Of a stretch of DNA of 64,000 nucleotides, positions 55,177 through 64,000 are shown in pieces. Origin of the DNA: Chrysomallon squamiferum. Lineage: Eukaryota; Animalia; Mollusca. Below the pieces are notes generated by a model, which was not told where the DNA came from, did not search any database, and was given only the letters and a program-made list of their open reading frames with translations. The position numbers and the translations under genes were made by a program. The stretch covers positions 19,964,001 through 20,028,000 of the forward strand of contig CM022677.1 in assembly GCA_012295275.1 (NCBI GenBank). Reading direction: 5' to 3'. Position 1 is the first letter of the stretch. Each line of letters starts with the position of its first letter.

Positions 55177-57781
55177 TTCATTTTATTTATTTATTTATTC
55201 ATTCATTCATTCATTTATTCATTCATTCATTCATTCATTTTATTCATTTATTTATTTATTCTGCCTTTAGTTTGTTTGTTATTTAATATTTTTGTTTGTT
55301 TCCTTATTTATTTATTTTTTTAATTATTATTTAATTACTTACATATTATTTAATTCATTTTTTAAATTTTTATACCCTATCACTCAGGGTCATTAATGTT
55401 TCAAAATAAACATCCTTTGACAAAATCTCTTAAAAAAATGTTATCCAGGGAAATTTCTTTTTTTTTCAAATTTGAACATTAATTTTAAATCACTGATATT
55501 GTCAATTTCCATTCACATTTTAGACAGTTAACAACTGTATTCTATTACTGTTTTAAACTTATTTTTATTATTTAATAATTTGTATATATATATATAACTA
55601 ACAGAGGTCACATTAAGTCAGTGATACAATTTTAACAATTTTAAGTATCAACATGCCACATACAATTATTAATACATATTTACTGATCTTCATTATTAAG
55701 ATGCCTCATTAAATATATGTGTTTAATTTGACATCTTAACTAAATATTTAGTGATTTAAATTAGTGACAGCAAAATGAAACAAACTGTTTTAGTTTTTTG
55801 TAATCTGAATTTACACAGCCCAAAACAAAGCAATGGCTTTGTGGAACAGCTTATTTTCAAAGAGGGAACAAGACTTCAGACTTTTTATCTATCCATAACC
55901 TAATTTCCTGGTAAGCAGACATTTATTGTATATTATAATAAAAATAAAGAAAGCAATTAAAGAAAAAGATTGGTGTTTCAAATTACAAATTAACATAACG
56001 CAATTATAAGAGTGAATAAAACTTTTAATCTTTTTCACTATTTCATTCTTTATCAAGCAGATATTTATAATGAGAAATAAAACAAATAAATGAGGATCCA
56101 CGGTCTCAGATTACAAATTGGCATAAAACAAATTTCTTATCCTAAGTAGGAAATTCATCTTCAGTCAAATAAACAAGTAATTCTACAAAATCCTTTCAAT
56201 TTTTTTTACTCTATTTTCTTTTTAAATACACATTTTTAAGAAAGGTGATATGAAATTTATACTGATTATTTTTTTTTTTTTAATAAATATTAATAGTTTA
56301 CATTTTTTATATATAATGTATTTTTTATATACAAAAATGTGTTTTAAAAAAAAGATTTAATGTTTCAAATTACAAATACATTGATGACAATCATTTTTTT
56401 AATTTTTTTTTTTTTGATCTTGTCTGTCTCCTAACAGTTTCATTTTTTTGTATATTTTTTGTGTCACCATTTGTTTTCTTCTTTTTCTCATTTTTTTTTT
56501 AACACAATGCAGTGTCAGTATTGTTATTAAATATTATTAATTATATGAGAGTCAGCATTATCAATACAAATTGCAAAAGAGAGGAAAAAACCCATTAATG
56601 ATTTCTAAACATTATATTAAATCCTTGAATAAAATTAATATTAAATACTGTAATGATTTAATTTTGTTTAAACATGTAAATAAAACAAAACAACTGTTCT
56701 TTGTTGTGACTTTCAAAAACAGTTTATCTTTAAAAAATGATTCTAATGTGTTGGCCTAGATAAAAAAATTTTTAAAGGTTTAGTAAATTTTATAGAAATA
56801 TTATGAAAAAAAATATTAATATTTTAATCCATATTTATTTTCAGGGATATCAGAGTTCCAGACATGTTTATTCTGAAATGACAGGATTTTCAAAATTATA
56901 ATCATAAAAAATAATCTATATTTTCTTAAAAACTGATTTAAGAAACAAAATGAAAAATACTCTTTTTTTTAATTTCTTTTTTTTTTCTATTGATTTTACT
57001 CTTTTGCTATTATTTCCAGAACCATGTTTTAATTAAAAATAAGTATTTTTATTAGTTTCCTCTCACCTGTTCATCAACATCACTTTCCAGGTAACCCTCT
57101 TTAGTCGACAGAGCATTTTCAAATTTATTGTCATCCGATTCATTCAAACACTCGCACCCTGTTTTCGAAATGAAGGAACCTAGATCAAGCTAAAAATATA
57201 AATTAAAAATTATATATATATATATATATAAATAATGAATGTACACACCTGCAATTCCAAAGCAAAGAAAATAACTGAAGAGCATGCGAATTATTTATAA
57301 AGACGAAAATAACACGAGTAATTAAAAAAACATTCAAATATTTCAAATGATGACTTTAAAAAAAAAAAAGGTCTGGGAAAATTCTGATAAACAATTTTCA
57401 ATCTAATCTTGGAATTGTTAAAAAAAAAAAAAAAAAAAAAAAACAACTAATTATATTATTTCACTTCTGTGCAAAAACATTATTGGTTTCGTGTCATTTT
57501 AGATGCAGACATGAAGTAAAAGAAATATTAATAACAACAGAAACAGAGACAGGAATAAAGAAAGGAATCTTGTGTCTGTTTGTAATTGCATGCGAGTGAG
57601 AGATAGAGAGAAGAGGTAGGAGGTTATGGATAGACAGACTGACAGAGGTAGAGAGAGAAAGGGAATGAGAGAAAGAGAGATACAGAGTCAAAATGGGAGT
57701 CTGTCTGTCTGTCAGTCTTTATTATTTATTCACTGAAGGATGATACTGGAATTTTTCTTTTATCTTATTCCTTAGACAAGA

Positions 57782-57813
<32 letters not shown>

Positions 57814-57837
57814 TTATATGTATGTCTGTATGTATAG

Positions 57838-57902
<65 letters not shown>

Positions 57903-59471
57903 CATCAAGTTAAATTCACAACAGCTGATATAAGGGGAGGTAACTCTACTTACATGCCCTTTGACAGGAGAGTCTCCTGATTCTCCTTCATCTTCGCTGT
58001 ACCATTTTTTAATCGTCTCCTCCAAGGCTGTAGGATCGGCTCCTTTCAGAGTGTCAATCTTCACTTTGTTGCGAAAAAATAAAAAAGTGGGCATAGCAGA
58101 AATGCCATTTTCTTGAGCAGTTTGCTAGAAAGGAAATAATTAACCATAATAATTATTTAATATATTATGCTGTTTCCAAGGTGTTTATTCAAACCATTTG
58201 AGAAGTATTTTAGTTTGATGAGAAGTATGTCCCAGTAAAATTAGACGTTTGTCAGTTGAATTTAATTAATCATACACATTAAATAAGTGACATTTTTTTT
58301 TTTTTTTTAAATGATTTACAGTATTTCCAAGACATTAAATAAATGGACGTTTTTAGTGATTTTCGTGTTAAGATGTCACATTAAATAAGTGATGTATTTT
58401 TTAATGATTTACAGTATTAACATGTCACGTTAAATAAGTAACTGTTATATTTTTAATGATTTACAGTATCTGGTAATTTACATGTAAATGAAATCTTATC
58501 ATTGTACTACATCCATGAAAAATATGAAACAATACACTAGAGATTGTACACATGTGTGTGCATGTGCATGAATGCATATTAAATACACATAGATAGACAG
58601 ATATAGAAAGATATATTCAGAAGCAAAATACCATGGAAAGTGTACTTGTATATAATCCCTAACTGGCAGTCAATATGACTAACCCATTGTATAGTTATAA
58701 CCGTATCACTGGTATTTTACCTTTTACACAAAAACAACATGTGACCATTTAACATTAAAATATGCTGATAAATAAAATAATTATTAATGATTACATACTG
58801 CACACTCATCAACATCTACTTTCAAAAACACTGCTTTCGGATACCGATTGCTGTATTCTACATATACAGGAGCTATTCTTCTGCATGGGCCGCACCTGAT
58901 AAAAAAATAAATTAGTCATTTATTAATGTGATCTTCTGATGCATTTACAAGTTTCCATGTAAACGACATTTTTTTTTATTACTACTGATACTATTACCAC
59001 ACAAATGGAACAGGCAGTAGTATTAACAGCACTCAAATTAAAACTAACATGTGTAATTTCAAAATAAACGAGTTGTCTTTCCTTACCTTTATCGAAAGAA
59101 ACTTATATATTTTGTCCACAATTTCTAGGCTTATTATCTATTCACATTTAATACATTATTTTAATAAGGAAATTGATAATGAATTTATCAATTTACGCTT
59201 AGATCGATAATGATAAATTATTACATTTATCAAAAACATAATATCGCGGATGATGATTAAGTGAAATTGAAACGTTATATTCGTTACTTTTCTACATTTC
59301 GCTTCAGGTAGTAAGACTCAAGAAAATTACGATTTTTGTAAACATAATCTAACAATAAAAACAATCATACCATGTAGCGAAAAAATCAACTACTACAAGT
59401 TTTGTGCCAGCTTCTGTCAGTTCTTGATGAAACTGTGAATCTTCTGTCAACTGTTTCACATTCCCCGTCAT
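50944..59471 (-). CDS. TXNL1: Thioredoxin-like protein 1 (TXNL1/TRP32), 288 aa; exons 59471-59371, 58895-58799, 58124-57954, 57189-57067, 55043-54977, 54545-54452, 54022-53944, 53605-53501, 50973-50944
   Basis: Thioredoxin domain [13 protein letters not shown]...[12 protein letters not shown]; PITH domain CECLNESDD...[10 protein letters not shown]...[23 protein letters not shown]; C-terminus [17 protein letters not shown]. Total 867 nt with consistent phases. Confidence 0.97.
52688..52805. repeat. 60-bp direct duplication (2 copies) next to an (AG)n tract in TXNL1 intron 8
   Basis: ACGTAGATAGGTAGATAACTAGCGAGACTGTGAAAGACAAAGAAAGAGAGA occurs twice at 60-bp spacing. Confidence 0.85.
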
Positions 59472-59505
59472 GACTGTCTATGGCAATCTTCCGCCACCAT
59501 TTAAA

Positions 59506-59512
59506 CGGAAGT
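59506..59512. promoter_or_regulatory. ETS-type motif (CGGAAGT) in the TXNL1 promoter
   Basis: CGGAAGT lies 35 bp upstream of the TXNL1 ATG. This motif is common in housekeeping promoters. Confidence 0.35.
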
Positions 59513-59634
59513 ACCGACTTTACTATTTGAAGGGAGGCTACTCTAATTTAAATACAAAGTCATATGCGAGCGAACTGTTTAAGTAGACAAAACTTTGAGT
59601 GTAACAAAATTCAATATTACTATTTTGCTTTCCG

Positions 59635-59703
<69 letters not shown>

Positions 59704-60389
59704 CAAGCAAGGAAATATTGTAATTAGCAGATTAAATGAAGACAAAGAGCGCCTCCTAATTTTTCCTTTTCATTTCTGATAAAAGACAGGTACCCTTTTA
59801 AGGAGTTGCGCCTCTCCTGATATCGTCTTTTTTCTTTCCTTTTGTTTCTTCTGTTTCTTCCTTTCTTTTTCTTTCTTCTTCTTCTAATAGAAGAGCATTA
59901 ATAATAGTTGTAGTAGAAGAAGCAGCAGTAATACCAATATGAAAATAGGATTAAGAGGAAAATGGTGAATTTAAAAAAAAAAAAAATTTAAATTTTCTGT
60001 ATGTAACATCATGTATGAACAAATATATATTTTTAACATAACTTTCTTGAGAAAAAAAATAAGATAAAAATAGCAACAAAAAAGAAGAAAGAGAAATTTA
60101 AAACCAAGCCAACAGAAAAGCTGGCCAAAAGAATAGAAGGATTCGATATTAATCAGTTGAATTAGAAACATGAAACTCTCCCTTTAAACAAAAATGAATA
60201 CATTTTTAAAAGAATGGTGATAAAGAAAACGACAAACAATAATGAACATGTCACCAACATATATAAGATTTCATTGAAACAAAAATTAATAAAGAAATGC
60301 TATTTCATTTCGAAGTATAACGATTTGATAAATTACCTGGACATTTCTTTCTTTCTTTCTTTCTTTCTTTTTTTTTTTTTCTTTCTTTC

Positions 60390-60444
<55 letters not shown>

Positions 60445-60942
60445 TAGATGGATAGACAGAAAGACAAGAAGAGTGAGACAGAGAGACAGCCACACAGAGT
60501 GACTGAGCCTTACATTTCACATGAGTATTATTTTTATCACTGTAGTTGTTGGAGTTGTTGTTATCAGTGCTGCTGAAGCTAATGCTGTTATACTTTTTGT
60601 TTAGTCACTGATGTCGTTAACGGTGTTGTTTTATTGTTATAATTATTCATTACAGATTTGTAATTCTTAATTTATATATAATTATGTGTATAGTTGGTTT
60701 GTGTGTTGTTTTTTTAGTTTGTTTGTGTGTGGGAGTGCATGCGTATGTGTGTGTAATATGTGGTGTACCTGTGGTGTTTGTGTGTGTTGTCTGTGGTATT
60801 GTTCTTTTTTAGTCGTTTTCCTTTTCTTTTAATCACTAATGTGCTCTGTCGCTGTGATTATCGCCTTTAACTTTTCTCTGTCTTGGGAAAAATTATAAAA
60901 CTAAATTAAATTTTTCTTGGAGATTGAAGTAGTCAAAGAATT

Positions 60943-61019
<77 letters not shown>

Positions 61020-62014
61020 GTTTAAAAAACAAAACAAAATAAGACGTCACTTAGTTTTGCAAAACATTTATTTAACGAACGAAAAGCCAGTAAACACATT
61101 ATGTCAGTGGGAATATGTTCAGGAAAAGAGAATCACAAGAAATTAAAATAAATTAAAAGTCCTTTTTTTAAATTATGCAGCTTGTGTCGTAACTTCCTGT
61201 TTTAAGCGGAAATGACATTTTACTCTGGGCTGTAATAATAAAAAAATAAAAAATAAATAATAATAATAATAATTACACACATACAGACACACACACACAC
61301 ATATATATAATTAAATCTAACTAATTATTAGATAATCGATAATAATAATAATAAGAAGAAGAATATTTTTCTAGCTAAATATTATATGCAGGTATTTACA
61401 AACGTTTACAGATATTACTGGATATGATAAATTTCGATATTCTTACAAACTGTCGTAATATTATTTTGTCACTTTCAGAGTCGTACAAAATGAAGTTTAA
61501 TCTTCTTACAAAGCTTCACAGATGAAGTTAAGCTGTGCGCAGCATTTGTGGTCATTCCAGCGGTACTTCCTGTGACGTTTGGCGTTGATGTGCACGCAGT
61601 TTTCTTCAGGTCGGCCGCCATTGTTGTCGGGCTGCCCTGCAATGAATTATGGGATAGTTTATAATATGTAAGGCTGAAGGTGTATACTAGCAAGAAGGTC
61701 GTGATAAAACTCAAAAACCGGATTTTGTGAGTTAGATTTTCTAAATATGGACGTATAGGTGTTTTTTCGTTATTTTATTTTATTTTATTTTTTTTTTTTT
61801 TTTGTTTTTTTTTTTTTTTTTTTTTTTTTCGTTACTGGTTTTATTTTCCTCCATTCAAAAGATAAATATGGACTTATAATTGTCTGCTCTGGATTCAAAT
61901 GAATTCAAAATATATTTTAGACGTCAGCTGATTAAGCATAAGAAGCCTAAAACTTTTGTTTACAATATCAACAGCAGCAAAATAAAAACTAAAGAAATCG
62001 ATATTAAATTAAAT

Positions 62015-62053
<39 letters not shown>

Positions 62054-62182
62054 AGAATAATAATAATAGTAAAAAATCATAAAGAACAATGACAATTTAA
62101 AATATTAAGTTTCAAGCTAATTTTACCCTTTTGTGGATGGCAAATATTCGTCATAAAACAATATCGTGGCTTTAATTATATA

Positions 62183-62402
62183 CAGTATATTTTAAACAAT
62201 GTAATGGCTTTAACTGTAAACAGTATATTTTAAACAATGTAATGGCTTTAACTGTAAACAGTATATTTTAAACAATGTAATGGCTTTAACTGTAAACAAT
62301 ATATTTTAAACAATGTAATGGCTTCAACTGTAAACAGTATATTTTAAACAATGTAATGGCTTTAACTGTAAACAGTATATTTTAAACAATGTAATGGCTT
62401 TA
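62183..62402. repeat. 38-bp minisatellite, about 6 copies, in a lectin intron
   Basis: Unit CAGTATATTTTAAACAATGTAATGGCTTTAACTGTAAA at 62183, 62221, 62259, 62297, 62335 and 62373. Confidence 0.95.
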
Positions 62403-62956
62403 TCTGTATATATTATATTTAAAACAATACCAGGAATCCAGTTTGTATAGGTGGCGTTTTGGTTGAAAAGCCATCCACTTGAATTGACCTTCGACCTCCA
62501 TATCACTGAGATCAATCCAGAACTGTTCAAAGAGACCTGCAGTAATAATAATAATAATAATAATAATAATATAAAATCTAAAATTTGCTGAGGGAAAACA
62601 AGAACATATATAATATATTCAGAATAAACTGCCAAGGCTCAATCTTTCATTGCAATACAGACTGCTGTATCAAATACCTTTTATGACGTAAGTTTTTGTG
62701 AGGGGGGGGCAGGTGCGGGTATGGATGTTTTCGGAATGTTAGAAAATGGCGAATTTTCATAAATTTACTTCATAACAGGTTTGGTTTATAAATTATCAGG
62801 CTTAAATGGAAGTGAAAGAAAAGGTGAGTAATGTATATTACAAATTAGTTATTGTTTAATAATGTATGTTCTAAATTGGGCTGCCGATAATGAAAAAGAT
62901 GTTAATATCAGAACTGTAAGTAGAGTTTTAACATGTTTTATTATATTTGTTTTCTT

Positions 62957-63011
<55 letters not shown>

Positions 63012-63281
63012 CGTGTCCTATGTTAATTTTAAAATGGCTACGTATCTGTGGCTGATATATAATTAATTAGTTAGCTTTGTCTCTGACGTCGTAAAAACAC
63101 GAAATAGAGAAGACAAGAGTTCGCGTTTGTTTATCAGAAAACGAAAATTAATTATCAAACTTCCTGTTTCTTTATGTCGATGTTCTCGAATGTCCGAATT
63201 ACGTCACCGTTGTCTGTGTTAGTGACTATCCCATAATGCATCTGCACGAGTCTAAACGAAACTGCTTACGTAGATCCGCAC

Positions 63282-63445
63282 TTACGTAGGATTAACATGT
63301 GTATTTATTTACGTAGGATTAACATGTGTATTTATTTACGTAGGATTAACGTGTGTATTTATTTACGTAGGATTAACATGTGTATTTATTTACGTAGGAT
63401 TAACGTGTGTATTTATTTACGTAGGATTAACATGTGTATTTATTT
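63282..63445. repeat. 27-bp minisatellite, about 6 copies, in a lectin intron
   Basis: Unit TTACGTAGGATTAACATGTGTATTTAT at 27-bp spacing. Confidence 0.95.
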
Positions 63446-63911
63446 ATTTATTTGGTTAGTTAGTTAGTTAGTTAGTTTTTTTAATTAAACAGTCATTATG
63501 TCATTGTGAAATACTACAACAGCATAATTACGAAGCGATTTAAACTTCATGGGACAACAGGTTTTTGACGACATTCGTGTGTTTTGACTTACGTTAGTTT
63601 TTGCCGAACGATCAGTTTAAACTTTTAAAAGATTAAACAGTTAATATCTTTGTGGCACAAGACCACACTGTACGCTTCGACATACGTCATACGTATGCTT
63701 TGACTTACGTAAAGTGTCTCAAATGAAATTAAAAAAAATAAAAAAAAATGGAGTTTTTCTTACCTCTTTTACCTTTTTCCACATAAACGTATTTTTCAAT
63801 AATGGCGGCGATTTCGTCCTGTTCTTCCGGTGATTCGATGTCAACCAGCTGCGCCCGCATTGCAGCACAGTACATCTACAATCACATTTAACTGTAAAGC
63901 TTAACGTCAGT

Positions 63912-64000
63912 TTGTAACTGTAATGTGTAACTGTAACGTGTAACTTCAAAGTGTAACTGTAACGTGTAACTGTAATGTGTTACTGTAACATGTAACAGCA
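63912..64000. repeat. ~13-bp tandem repeat (TAACTGTAAYGTG) running to the window edge
   Basis: GTAACTGTAATGTGTAACTGTAACGTGTAACT pattern repeated with minor variants. Confidence 0.7.

Larger units (their letters stand above)
61506..63875 (-). pseudogene. Perlucin-like C-type lectin, last three exons (63875-63764, 62536-62431, 61636-61506); 5' end outside the window; apparent 1-nt frameshift (pseudogene, null allele or assembly error)
   Basis: Exon translations: MYCAAMRAQLVDIESPEEQDEI...; FWIDLSDMEVEGQFKWMA[fs]NQNATYTNWIPG; QPDNNGGRPEENCVHI...RWNDHKCCAQLNFICEAL*. These are canonical CTLD motifs (W-I-x-L-S-D, QPD, WND, F-I-C-E). The middle exon is 106 nt between two phase-1 introns. Confidence 0.8.

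Noticed and set aside
58270-58470. About three degenerate ~50-bp repeats in TXNL1 intron 2
   Set aside because: Too decayed and AT-rich to define a unit or a function confidently.

Overview
AT-rich, microsatellite-dense eukaryotic genomic DNA. It is probably molluscan or at least lophotrochozoan (inference from gene content and composition). All gene models were spliced by hand at GT-AG sites with matching phases. 1-25 kb holds a tandem array of four minus-strand 3-exon paralogues encoding secreted 512-514 aa proteins: signal peptide + IgGFc-binding-protein (FCGBP) N-terminal-type domain + small PAN/apple-like Cys module. These paralogues differ in discrete hypervariable patches shared in a patchwork pattern, and they have CRE/ATF-site-rich promoters. 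27.8-34.7 kb is TDP-43 (TARDBP) with a candidate distal alternative last exon that would replace the low-complexity domain. 38.2-42.4 kb is a 4-exon MICOS subunit MIC13/QIL1 gene that the ORF track misses, head-to-head with a METTL25/METTL25B-family methyltransferase (43.1-49.1 kb). 50.9-59.5 kb is TXNL1 on the minus strand. 61.5-63.9 kb holds the last three exons of a perlucin-like QPD/WND C-type lectin with an apparent 1-nt frameshift. There is also a MITE and several minisatellites. Most entries in the ORF track are microsatellite artefacts.
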